Origin: an uncultured delta proteobacterium
GTDB lineage: Bacteria; Desulfobacterota; Syntrophia; Syntrophales; Smithellaceae
Direction of reading: 5' to 3'
DNA: 64,000 nt
Assembly (NCBI GenBank): GCA_963753975.1
Contig: CAVWEH010000005.1
Coordinates: forward strand, 56,938 to 120,937
This document shows positions 19,775 through 27,843 of the stretch, one piece after another. Positions within the stretch are counted from its first letter, which is position 1. Each line of letters opens with the position of its first letter. Both the position numbers and the translations under genes were made by a program. The notes under the pieces are model-generated. The model was not told where the DNA came from. It ran no database searches and was given only the letters and a program-made list of their open reading frames with translations.

Positions 19775-19992
19775 TAATTCGGCTAACAAGTTTCAGTGCA
19801 CTCTGTTTCTGAAACTTGGGCCTCATTAACCACGGACGTGTCGTCCTCCGCTTTGCGGGGTCGTTCAACTATCCAATTCCGCTGTGCTTCGCTTTCGGAA
19901 TTGGAGTTTCACATCCCTCATCGCTTTGCTCCTAGGATAATTCCACTTGCGCTTCAAACTTCGCTGGGCTCGTTTTCAGCGAGTGTCATTAA
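19775..19992. repeat. family-1 modular hairpin repeat (four modules) in the trpE 5' leader
   Basis: It contains GGATAATTCGGCTAAC, the stem CAAGTTTCAG (19787-19796) / CTGAAACTTG (19809-19818) and GGCCTCATTAAC. It also contains CCGCTTTGCGG, the stem CCAATTCCG (19873-19881) / CGGAATTGG (19896-19904), AGTTTCAC, GGATAATTCCACTTGCGCTTC and AGCGAGTGTCATTAA. Confidence 0.8.
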
Positions 19993-20022
19993 AAAAGGCC
20001 GTGATTTTTTATCACGGCCTTT
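19989..20022 (-). terminator. intrinsic terminator hairpin 2 downstream of the trp leader
   Basis: On the minus strand, AAAGGCCGTGAT-AAAAA-ATCACGGCCTTT forms a 12-bp stem followed by TTTTTTAAT. Confidence 0.65.
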
Positions 20023-20032
20023 AGATATTGCT

Positions 20033-20074
20033 AAAAATAAAAAAGCCGTGAAGACCCAAGAGGTTCTCCACGGC
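20033..20074 (-). terminator. intrinsic terminator / attenuator hairpin 1 downstream of the trp leader peptide
   Basis: On the minus strand, AAGCCGTGGAGA pairs with TCTTCACGGCTT (12 bp including one G-U). It is followed by TTTTTTATTTTT and starts about 20 nt after the leader stop codon. Confidence 0.75.
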
Positions 20075-20095
20075 TTCGATTTCAATTAAAAAAGA

Positions 20096-20200
20096 TCAGC
20101 GGCGGATAAGCCTCCCTGTGAGGTTCCACCACCACCAGTTATTAAGAGATAATACTCTCGCTGCTTCTTGCATAACGCGTCTTCTTTCACTTTCCTGCAT
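20096..20200 (-). CDS. trpL: trp operon leader peptide with four tandem Trp codons
   Basis: The minus-strand ORF is ATG CAG GAA ... AAT AAC TGG TGG TGG TGG AAC CTC ... CGC CGC TGA, encoding MQESERRRVMQEAARVLSLNNWWWWNLTGRLIRR. An alternative start is the internal ATG (Met10). The ORF sits between a TTGACA/TATACG promoter and a terminator, upstream of trpE. Confidence 0.75.
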   Translation of the reverse strand: MQESERRRVMQEAARVLSLNNWWWWNLTGRLIRR

Positions 20201-20208
20201 TTAGAAAC

Positions 20209-20237
20209 CGTATAGCAACAAGAAAATTATATGTCAA
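20209..20237 (-). promoter_or_regulatory. sigma-70-type promoter of the trp leader/operon
   Basis: On the minus strand, TTGACA (20237-20232), a 17-nt spacer and TATACG (20214-20209) lie just upstream of the leader ATG. Confidence 0.6.
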
Positions 20238-20306
20238 CACTTTTTTCATCAAAAAATATAAAACGGCAACTAAGTAAGAATATTTAAAATTATTTTCTAA
20301 TCCCGC

Positions 20307-20336
20307 TTGACACCAGCTTAATTCTTTCGCTATAAG
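20307..20336 (+). promoter_or_regulatory. sigma-70-type promoter of cdaA
   Basis: TTGACA (20307-20312), an 18-nt spacer and TATAAG (20331-20336). Its position argues for the ATG 20374 start. Confidence 0.55.
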
Positions 20337-20373
20337 CTTGGAACAAGTATTGGCATATTATAATGTGGGATTT

Positions 20374-21819
20374 ATGGAATTACTTAATGCGGCTCTCGCC
20401 TTCATCAAAAGCATCAGATTGCAGGATATCCTTGATATCGCCATAATTGCCCTGATGATCTTTGCTCTCTTGACCTGGTTTAAAACAAGAGCGTCCCGCT
20501 TCGTGCTCATCGGCATATTGCTTCTGGGCGTTGTATATATTGCCGCCCGCTTCTTTCAGCTCTATCTCACCACTATAGTTTTACAATCTTTCTTTGCCAT
20601 TGTGCTTTTTGTTTTAGTAGTCATTTTTCAAGAAGACTTACGCGGATTTTTCGAAAGACTGGCCCTGCTGGGGAATATAGGGAAAAAATATCTGCCGCTT
20701 TCCGAACTGGAAAGAACAGCGGAAATAATTGCGCAAACGGCTGCAGATTTGGCTAAAAAACATGTCGGCGCTTTAATTGTCCTGCAGGGCAATGATCCTC
20801 TGGAAAGACATGTCACCGGCGGCACTCGTTTAGACGGCCTGGTTAGTGAACCTCTGCTGGAAAGCATCTTTGACCCCCATTCCATCGGCCATGACGGAGC
20901 GGCCATAATTGCCGGTAATCGCATTAAAATGTTCGGTTGTCATCTGCCTCTTTGCATTCATACATCGAAATACGGGAATATCGGGTTGCGCCATACGGCG
21001 GCACTTGGCCTTGCGGAGCGATCGGATGCACTTTGCATTGTAGTTTCTGAGGAAACAGGAACAATATCGATGGCTTATCAAGAGACCCTTGTTAAGATTA
21101 ATAATGCTGCCGCCCTGCACAGGGTATTGGAGCAATTTTATATGCGCAATACACCGAAGAAAACATCAAATCCTTCAGTTGCTTGGCTTAAAGAAAATAC
21201 AAAGGAAAAAATTATCGCTCTGGGTATGGCTTGTATTTTATGGATTGCGTTCGGTTATCAGAGGGAAATTGTTCGCCGTGATTTCATCATTCCCATCGAA
21301 TATAAAAACGTTCCGCAAAATTGGCACATTGATGAACCACGATTAACTGAAGCCAAAGTAATTCTTCAGGGACCGCAGCAAGCTTTTTATCTCCTAGATG
21401 AACGTTCACTTAAATTGTCTCTGGACTTATCCCCTGTAGCTGAAAAAAAACATGAATTTGTCCTGGCCAAGGACATGGTCAATGCGCCGTCCAATTTATC
21501 AGTTACGGAAATAAGACCGTCGACAATTTATATTTATGCCACTAAACTTATTTCCCGGACTTTATCTGTAAAAATCATTACGCAAAATTCTTTGCCGAAA
21601 AGCCTTTCCCTGCAAAGGATTAGCGTAACCCCGGCCAGAGTTCGGGTTTTGATAGATCCTCGAGTTAATCCGGAAAAAATAGAAATTGAGACGGAACCGA
21701 TTGATCTGCAAAAAATATTCTTTACAACGGCGCTCGACACAAAAATTGTTCTTCCCGCCGGCGTTTATTTCCCGGAGGGAAAATCGCAAAACACACGCGT
21801 AATTATACGGGTGAAGTAA
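20374..21819 (+). CDS. cdaA: diadenylate cyclase CdaA (three TM helices + DAC domain) fused to YbbR/CdaR-like repeats
   Basis: The DAC motifs are HVGALIVL, HDGAAII and GLRHTAALGLAE...VVSEETGTIS. These are followed by a TM helix and about 190 aa of beta-rich YbbR-like repeats (ISVTPARVRVLIDP...). Confidence 0.85.
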   Translation: MELLNAALAFIKSIRLQDILDIAIIALMIFALLTWFKTRASRFVLIGILLLGVVYIAARFFQLYLTTIVLQSFFAIVLFVLVVIFQEDLRGFFERLALLGNIGKKYLPLSELERTAEIIAQTAADLAKKHVGALIVLQGNDPLERHVTGGTRLDGLVSEPLLESIFDPHSIGHDGAAIIAGNRIKMFGCHLPLCIHTSKYGNIGLRHTAALGLAERSDALCIVVSEETGTISMAYQETLVKINNAAALHRVLEQFYMRNTPKKTSNPSVAWLKENTKEKIIALGMACILWIAFGYQREIVRRDFIIPIEYKNVPQNWHIDEPRLTEAKVILQGPQQAFYLLDERSLKLSLDLSPVAEKKHEFVLAKDMVNAPSNLSVTEIRPSTIYIYATKLISRTLSVKIITQNSLPKSLSLQRISVTPARVRVLIDPRVNPEKIEIETEPIDLQKIFFTTALDTKIVLPAGVYFPEGKSQNTRVIIRVK

Positions 21820-21914
21820 AGCCACGGCGTAATGGATATGACTGCTGCAAATTTATTGCATTAGATAGCAAAATATGATGAAATCAGGATTACAAAATTC
21901 AGGAGGCATTCGAT

Positions 21915-22394
21915 ATGAGTGTTTTTGAAGCAAGCGATATAGTTGAAATTGCCATCAGGATTGAAGAAAACGGCATTAACTTTTATAAATTTGCCGAACA
22001 AATCACCAAACAGGGAGAAGCAAAAAACCTTTTTGCCCATCTGGCAGAAGAGGAAATAAAACATAAACGAATTTTCGAAGGCATTTTTGCGCAGATGGAA
22101 AAATACAATCCACCGGAGAGCTATGCGGGAGAATATAGCGCTTATTTGCGCGCTTATGTGGATAATAATGTAATCTTCACTAAAAAATCCATGGACAAAG
22201 AACTGTCCAAGGTGACCGATACCTTGGCCGCTTTCGATTTTGCCATCAAACGCGAGTTGGATTCAATCCTCTATTATCATGAAATCAAGAAATTGGTGCC
22301 GGCAACTCAGCATGCAACACTTGATCAGATCATTAATGAGGAAAGGAAACATTTTACGTTACTTACAGAAATGAAAAAACGCTTCATGAAATAA
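21915..22394 (+). CDS. ferritin-like / rubrerythrin-family diiron four-helix-bundle protein
   Basis: Paired E...ExxH-type helices are present (AIRIEENGINFY...EEEIKHKRIF and ELDSILYYHE...INEERKHF). The RBS is AGGAGG. Confidence 0.7.
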   Translation: MSVFEASDIVEIAIRIEENGINFYKFAEQITKQGEAKNLFAHLAEEEIKHKRIFEGIFAQMEKYNPPESYAGEYSAYLRAYVDNNVIFTKKSMDKELSKVTDTLAAFDFAIKRELDSILYYHEIKKLVPATQHATLDQIINEERKHFTLLTEMKKRFMK

Positions 22395-22468
22395 TGATCA
22401 CCTATACTCGTTACTATATTGAATTTCTTTTTTTGGTTTTTTTCTGTCCAAGTTAGAAAGCGCATCAA

Positions 22469-23830
22469 TTAGTTCTTTAAGCCGTATTTTTTCAATTTAT
22501 AACGCAACATGCGTTCCGACATACCTAAAATCTCGGCGGCTTTTGTCTGGTTATCTTGAGCCTTTCCCATTGACTCGGCAATCAGCCGTTTTTCCAGTTC
22601 CTCCACGGATTCCCGCAAAAGGCTGGGTGCTTTCTTGCCCGAATCGCGGGGAGATAATGCCGATTTAAAGGGTAAGTCTTCCGTTGTAATGTATTCATCA
22701 CGCGCAATGACTACTGCCCTCTCCAGAATATTGACCAGCTCGCGCACGTTTCCCGGATAATCATATTTCAAAAGTGAGTCCCGCGCTTCGGCGGTTAAAC
22801 CTCGAATATTTTTCCTATTTTCTCTGGCAAATTTATCAATGAAATGATCGATTAAAATAGGCAGATCATCCTTTCTCTCCCGCAGAGGGGGAAGCGACAT
22901 GGTCACAACTTTCAACCTATAGAAAAGATCCTCACGAAAAGTTCCTTCCTTGACTTGAATTTCCAAATCGCGGTTTGTTGCGCTGATTACCCGAACATCA
23001 ACGTGAATGTCAATATTACTGCCTAAACGCTGAAATTCGCGTTCCTGTAAAAACCGCAGAAGTTTAACCTGCACCGTCGGGGGTAACTCTCCTATTTCGT
23101 CGAGGAAAAGTGTTCCGCCGTCGGCTTCTTCAAACCGGCCGATCCGGCGGGAAGTAGCACCGGTAAAAGCACCTTTTTCATGACCGAACAATTCGCTTTC
23201 CAATAAATTTTCATGCAGGGCTACACAATTAACAACGATGATCGGTTTATTCGCCCGGGAACTTAATTGGTGAATCAGCCGAGCCAAGAGCTCTTTCCCC
23301 GTTCCGCTTTCCCCTTGAAGCAGAACAGACGCCTTGCTCGCGGCAATACGCCCCGCCATATTAATCACTTCCGCCATCCGCGGACTTTTGTAAACTATTT
23401 TATCGGCAGTGACACCCTTTTTGCCTAATTCCTCCCTTAAAAGCTCATTTTCCTTGATGAGTTGTCTTCTTTCTGCCGCCCGATTGACCAGTATTAATAA
23501 TTCGTCGAGTTCCACCGGCTTAGTGATGTAGTCTATTGCTCCTACTTTTATGGCTTCGACTGCCGTTTCTATTGTGCCGTAAGCGGTAATGATAACCACA
23601 TCTATTTCGGGATTAATGCGCTTTATTTCTTTCAGTACCTCCAGTCCATCCATACCGGGCATTTTGTAATCCAGGAGGATTAAGTCAAAATGATCGTTCA
23701 TGACCATTTTGAGAGCTTTCTTGCCGTTTTCCGCTTCCGCTACAACGTGACCTTCGGAAAGCAAAAAATCACGCAGCATTTCCCTCTGGGATTGACCATC
23801 TTCGACAATAAGAATGCTTACTTTTTGCAT
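22469..23830 (-). CDS. sigma-54-dependent response regulator (NtrC/AtoC family bacterial enhancer-binding protein)
   Basis: It has a receiver domain ([14 protein letters not shown]). The AAA+ domain carries GESGTGKE, the GAFTGA loop (EKGAFTGA) and [10 protein letters not shown]-terminal Fis-type HTH is present. Confidence 0.9.
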   Translation of the reverse strand: MQKVSILIVEDGQSQREMLRDFLLSEGHVVAEAENGKKALKMVMNDHFDLILLDYKMPGMDGLEVLKEIKRINPEIDVVIITAYGTIETAVEAIKVGAIDYITKPVELDELLILVNRAAERRQLIKENELLREELGKKGVTADKIVYKSPRMAEVINMAGRIAASKASVLLQGESGTGKELLARLIHQLSSRANKPIIVVNCVALHENLLESELFGHEKGAFTGATSRRIGRFEEADGGTLFLDEIGELPPTVQVKLLRFLQEREFQRLGSNIDIHVDVRVISATNRDLEIQVKEGTFREDLFYRLKVVTMSLPPLRERKDDLPILIDHFIDKFARENRKNIRGLTAEARDSLLKYDYPGNVRELVNILERAVVIARDEYITTEDLPFKSALSPRDSGKKAPSLLRESVEELEKRLIAESMGKAQDNQTKAAEILGMSERMLRYKLKKYGLKN

Positions 23831-23849
23831 GGGTAACTGTCTTCCATAT

Positions 23850-25634
23850 TTACAGCTTTTCGCTCAATCTTTCACAAGGTAAAACAACTTCAAATGTTGT
23901 TCCTTCATCCTTCCGGCTGATCACCCTTACATCTCCCCCGTGGCCGCGGATGATCTCACTGGCCAAAGGTATACCTAACCCCAAACCTTTTTCTTTTGTC
24001 GTGTATTCCGGGTTAAAAATCCTTTCGATTTCCTCAGCTGTCATGCCGCAACCCGTATCCGCAATACTTACGACTATATAATTTTTCCCTTCTTTATCCA
24101 CTGTTATGGAAATTTTACCTTCCGCAGGCATTGATTCCATGGCATTTTTGACCAGGTTGAGAAATGCTTGTTGCAATTTATTTATATCTATCGGAATTAT
24201 TGCCGGAGTCAGTCGCCATTTTGTTTCAATAGTAATACCGCGAGCCGAAGCCTCCTCTCGAATGAGACTGACAATCTTTTGTAAAATTTCCGTTATTGAA
24301 AAATCACGTAGTTCCAATCTGCGGCTCTTGGAAAAAGAAAGAAACTCTTCAATGATTCCGTTAAGACGCTTAATTTCGTCTCTGATAACACCGGAAAGAT
24401 TTTGAAAATCTTCGGCTTTACTTGAATCCACTGGAATGAAATCCCTCTTTAACCTCTGCGTGGCCATACTTATAGCATTTAAGGGGTTGCGAATTTCATG
24501 CGCCACACCAGCAGCCAACTGCCCCAGGGAGGAAAGCCTTTCTGCTTTCTCCAGCCGTCTTTCTATCTCAATAATCCCGGCCAGGTGGCGATTCTGATCA
24601 TTATAAAGCAGCCACATAGATAATAAGGCAATGATGACAATAAAAAACATGAAGATAAAAATATTTTGACGGTTTTCGGCAATGATTTTATCCATAGATC
24701 CCCGGTCGAGACCAATTCTCACTATACCGACAACTTTTTTATCTAAAGATAATGGCGCGGCCAGATCCAAAATTTTATCTTCGCCGGAATTTATTTTCGT
24801 GCTGACAATTTTTATATTGCCTGTTAATATTTCCTTAAAATTGAAATCATCATTTTTTAAATCTTGCATCGGCCGGCCGACACTGCTGAGCAGTTTTTTC
24901 TGATCATTGATAATTTGCATGTAAACTATTCCATGACCTTCGCCGATTTTCTTTATTCCCTTTTCCACGGCAACTTTCAGGCTCCAATAGATTAATCCTT
25001 TTTTATCCAGGTTTATAACCACTGTACCGCTGTTATCCTTACGCCTCAGGGCAACAAAGCCAATTCCTTGTTTTGCGCGAATTTTTTCCATTACTTCAAT
25101 AGTCGTTAAATTCCGGTTGCCTTTTTTTAGTTCTCTTGGATCAAGCATATCGGTCTGTAAAGGACCGCTTTCATATATTGCGTTTCCCTGTGGATTCAAG
25201 ACGGCCAAATACCAAAAATTATTATCCGCAGCAAATTTCTTTAGATAATCATCGTTTACTTTACCCTTTTTCCATTGTTGGTCTAATTTTCTCCCCATTT
25301 CTGTAATTGCTTCAATAACCCATTTTTTGGAATAGACAGCTTCTTCCTGACGAGAATCATTCAAATTCGAACCTGCTTTTTCGGGTGTCGCTATTATACT
25401 TTTAAAATTTTCTTCCGTTAACCGCTGCAGAACGCTGATTGTACTTAGAGCCTGATCTTCCATAAAACCCACGAGGTTTGTTTCACTTCTTCTAAGATCC
25501 AGTAACCCCATAATCAAGATTAAGGCTACCAAAACAGCGCTGACGATGCCCACAGCTAAAGGTTGGAGAAACGTACCATTGTATCTGCGAGCTTTTCGCT
25601 CAACAATTAATTCTTTTTTTGTGAAAAAACGCAT
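23850..25634 (-). CDS. sensor histidine kinase (cognate partner of the NtrC-type regulator)
   Basis: It has two TM segments flanking a periplasmic domain, the H-box AAGVAHEIRNPLNAI and the HATPase motifs DTGCGM and GLGLGIPL. Confidence 0.85.
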   Translation of the reverse strand: MRFFTKKELIVERKARRYNGTFLQPLAVGIVSAVLVALILIMGLLDLRRSETNLVGFMEDQALSTISVLQRLTEENFKSIIATPEKAGSNLNDSRQEEAVYSKKWVIEAITEMGRKLDQQWKKGKVNDDYLKKFAADNNFWYLAVLNPQGNAIYESGPLQTDMLDPRELKKGNRNLTTIEVMEKIRAKQGIGFVALRRKDNSGTVVINLDKKGLIYWSLKVAVEKGIKKIGEGHGIVYMQIINDQKKLLSSVGRPMQDLKNDDFNFKEILTGNIKIVSTKINSGEDKILDLAAPLSLDKKVVGIVRIGLDRGSMDKIIAENRQNIFIFMFFIVIIALLSMWLLYNDQNRHLAGIIEIERRLEKAERLSSLGQLAAGVAHEIRNPLNAISMATQRLKRDFIPVDSSKAEDFQNLSGVIRDEIKRLNGIIEEFLSFSKSRRLELRDFSITEILQKIVSLIREEASARGITIETKWRLTPAIIPIDINKLQQAFLNLVKNAMESMPAEGKISITVDKEGKNYIVVSIADTGCGMTAEEIERIFNPEYTTKEKGLGLGIPLASEIIRGHGGDVRVISRKDEGTTFEVVLPCERLSEKL

Positions 25635-25711
25635 TTTTATCCTTACTATCTCATTTTGCCGGTCATCTTAAGCCATTCAAGAGAAAAGTCAACGGCTAAT
25701 CCCAGAAACAA

Positions 25712-25727
25712 TCGACATTTTTGTCGA
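25712..25727. promoter_or_regulatory. perfect inverted repeat TCGACA-N4-TGTCGA (candidate enhancer/UAS)
   Basis: TCGACATTTTTGTCGA is read directly from the sequence. It lies about 200 nt upstream of the -24/-12 element. Confidence 0.45.
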
Positions 25728-25802
25728 AGGCAGGGTAAATATCACATATAATGCTTACAAGTTTGTATTTATTATGTATTTTAAATTTAGCGAGTACATC
25801 TT

Positions 25803-25819
25803 TCGACATTTATTGCCGA
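25803..25819. promoter_or_regulatory. imperfect second copy of the TCGACA inverted repeat (candidate UAS)
   Basis: TCGACATTTATTGCCGA shares the left half-site and spacing with 25712-25727. It lies about 100 nt upstream of the -24/-12 element. Confidence 0.35.
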
Positions 25820-25907
25820 TAATATAAACGGTTTACTTATTCCAAAAAGGCTAGATTATAAGTTATTTATCAATTATTACAAGAGGTTAAAATAACTAGC
25901 CCAATTC

Positions 25908-25923
25908 CGGCACGATAAATGCT
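25908..25923 (+). promoter_or_regulatory. sigma-54 (-24/-12) promoter
   Basis: CGGCACGATAAATGCT compares with the consensus TGGCACG-N4-TTGCW. GG and GC are at the correct 12-nt register and the GGCACG block is exact. Confidence 0.6.
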
Positions 25924-25933
25924 TTAGTCAGGT

Positions 25934-26060
25934 TAAGGTATTAGTAGTGTCGACTAAAAATAACGGGCATAACTAGCCGACAGCAGAATAACCTGGAAGG
26001 CATCAAGCCTTCCCTCTTCACTCCTAGGGAGGCTCCAACCAAGCCTCCCTTTCCTTTTCT
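25934..26060 (+). ncRNA. candidate sigma-54-dependent small RNA (no ORF, three or more hairpins, U-rich tail)
   Basis: No ATG-initiated ORF is present. There is a long-range stem CAGGTTA (25929-25935) / TAACCTG (25989-25995). There is a hairpin GGAAGGC (25995-26001) / GCCTTCC (26007-26013). A terminal hairpin GGGAGGC (26027-26033) / GCCTCCC (26043-26049) is followed by TTTCCTTTTCT. The ends are approximate. Confidence 0.4.
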
Positions 26061-26070
26061 GCAAGAATAA

Positions 26071-27423
26071 TCATTTTTTATTTGCCATATCATTTTTCTT
26101 CCGCTTCCAAACGTCTATTCTTTCTTTAATGGTTTTTTCATAACCCGATCCTTTCGGTCTATAAAATACTTGCCCTTGCAGTTTTTCCGGCAAGTATTCC
26201 TGCGGAACATAAGCATCGTCATAATCGTGAGCATATTTGTAATCTTTGCCGTAATCAAGTTCTTTCATTAATCTGGTCGGTGCATTACGAATATGCAGAG
26301 GCACTGGCAAGTATCCGGTTTTATTAATTGTTTCCTTGACACTGCCAAAACCCGTATAAAGGGCATTACTTTTTGGGGCTACTGCCAGATAAACAGCAGC
26401 CTGAGCCAGAGCCAGTTCCCCCTCGGGCAAGCCGATAAAGTGGAAGGCCTGCTGCGCGGCAACACAAATAACTAACGCCTGCGGATCGGCATTGCCGATG
26501 TCTTCCGAAGCGAAACGTATCATGCGCCGGGCAATATAGAGAGGGTCCTCTCCGGCAACAAGCATCCGCCCCAACCAATACAAAGCGGCATCGGGATCAC
26601 TTCCACGCAAACTTTTATGGAAAGCCGAGATTAAATTATAATGTTCCTCTCCGTCCTTATCATATAAAAGAGCTTTTTTAAGCAGGGCTTCCTGGGCCAG
26701 CGCAAGAGAGACAACTCTTTTTTCAGAAGGCAGGCTTTGCACCATTGAAGCTATAGCTTCCAAATTATTAAGGGCGCTGCGGGCATCGCCGTCAGCCAAT
26801 CGAACGATGTAAAGAATGGTATCGCGATCCATCCGGATGCCGAGCTCTCCTAACCCTTTTTGCTTATCTTTTAGAGCATTTTCGACAATGATCACCAACT
26901 CTTCTTCGGAAAACGGCTCCAAAACCAAAACCCGCGTCCGCGATAAAAGAGGAGCAATAACTTCAAAGGAAGGATTCTCCGTAGTCGCGCCGATTAATGT
27001 AATAAGGCCGCTTTCCACATGCGGTAAAAAAGCATCTTGCTGCGCTTTGTTAAAGCGGTGGATTTCATCAACGAAAAGGACCATCTTTTTCTTTTTTGTT
27101 TCCCACAATTCTCTGGCTTCATCGATAACCGCCCGAATTTCTTTCACTCCGGAAAGAACAGCGGAAAAGCTAATGAATTTCGATCGGGTCTCGTTGGCCA
27201 GAACTCTGGCCAGAGTAGTCTTGCCTGAACCGGGCGGCCCCCAAAAAATCATGGAAAACAGGTTATCTTCTTCAATGGCACGTCTGAGTAAACAGCCCTC
27301 CCCCAAGAGATGGGGCTGGCCGATATATTCGGAAATATTCTGCGGCCTCATTTTTTCGGCAAGCGGCGCGGCAGCCTTCGTGTCATTTAAGCCTCCTAAA
27401 CTGAATAAATCCAAATTTTTCAT
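26071..27423 (-). CDS. rarA: replication-associated recombination protein A (AAA+ ATPase)
   Basis: The motifs are FWGPPGSGKTTLA, VLFVDEIHRFNK and the C-terminal MgsA domain (YLPVPLHIRNAPT). Confidence 0.9.
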   Translation of the reverse strand: MKNLDLFSLGGLNDTKAAAPLAEKMRPQNISEYIGQPHLLGEGCLLRRAIEEDNLFSMIFWGPPGSGKTTLARVLANETRSKFISFSAVLSGVKEIRAVIDEARELWETKKKKMVLFVDEIHRFNKAQQDAFLPHVESGLITLIGATTENPSFEVIAPLLSRTRVLVLEPFSEEELVIIVENALKDKQKGLGELGIRMDRDTILYIVRLADGDARSALNNLEAIASMVQSLPSEKRVVSLALAQEALLKKALLYDKDGEEHYNLISAFHKSLRGSDPDAALYWLGRMLVAGEDPLYIARRMIRFASEDIGNADPQALVICVAAQQAFHFIGLPEGELALAQAAVYLAVAPKSNALYTGFGSVKETINKTGYLPVPLHIRNAPTRLMKELDYGKDYKYAHDYDDAYVPQEYLPEKLQGQVFYRPKGSGYEKTIKERIDVWKRKKNDMANKK

Positions 27424-27677
27424 TTTCTTGTCTTTGCCGCCTCAATTAACTCGATTATACTCGTCATTTTATCCTTGGGCTGAAAATTCACAACTTTTTC
27501 CCATTTCTTAGGATCTAATTTTTCTTTCAAAAACCTCCCTATGTCAGGAATAGCCATCCAGCAACTTACAATGCGTGCGCAGGGTAACTCTCCCGCTTCC
27601 CGTAAACAGTAAGAAAAGGGGATTTCATCGCCCAATCGAGGACAGCGGATCAGCTTATTATTTATATCCTGTTTCAT
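27420..27677 (-). CDS. hypothetical small Cys-containing protein
   Basis: It is an 85-aa ORF whose stop overlaps the rarA start (ATGA). I recognise no family. Confidence 0.5.
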   Translation of the reverse strand: MKQDINNKLIRCPRLGDEIPFSYCLREAGELPCARIVSCWMAIPDIGRFLKEKLDPKKWEKVVNFQPKDKMTSIIELIEAAKTRK

Positions 27678-27694
27678 TTTCGTTTAGATTGACG

Positions 27695-27733
27695 AAAAAA
27701 AGAAAAACCGTCAAGGTTTTTGTTCTTGACGGT
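27695..27733 (-). terminator. intrinsic terminator ending the trpB2 transcription unit
   Basis: On the minus strand, ACCGTCAAG-N9-CTTGACGGT is followed by TTTTTCTTTTTTT. Confidence 0.7.
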
Positions 27734-27736
27734 TTT

Positions 27737-27830
27737 TAATGAGACTCAAGTTTCAAAAGCGTAGTGAGCCCCAGATTTTAGAAGTGAAGCGTACTGAAAT
27801 CTGTTGGACAAACTATCCCGCAAAGCGGGG
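27737..27830. repeat. family-1 hairpin repeat (inverted orientation) in the trpB2 3' UTR
   Basis: TAATGAGACTCAAGTTTCAAAAGCG..., the stem CAGATTT/AAATCTG, ...CTATCCCGCAAAGCGGGG. The same modules occur at 39594-39650 and in reverse complement at 19775-19860. Confidence 0.7.
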
Positions 27831-27843
27831 TCCATACCCATGA

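Noticed and set aside
19850-19935. An 18-codon minus-strand ORF (MRDVKLQFRKRSTAELDS) behind an AGGAG inside the family-1 repeat.
   Set aside because: The equivalent module at 39504-39560 does not preserve the ORF, so the open frame is incidental to the repeat.
19775-20000. A T-box or other tRNA-sensing leader upstream of trpE.
   Set aside because: No T-box consensus (AANNNGGGTGGNACCGCG-like) is present. The structured segment is a dispersed repeat also found at non-trp loci.
19796-20089. ORF 19796..20089(+) of 97 aa.
   Set aside because: It runs antisense through the repeat element and the two trp attenuator hairpins. The region is better explained as the trpE 5' leader.
21820-21914. A sigma-54 promoter or Fur/PerR box upstream of the ferritin-like gene (TGGATATGACTGCTGCA; TGCAAATTTATTGCA).
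   Set aside because: The GG-to-GC spacing does not fit the -24/-12 register. The inverted repeat is short and imperfect.
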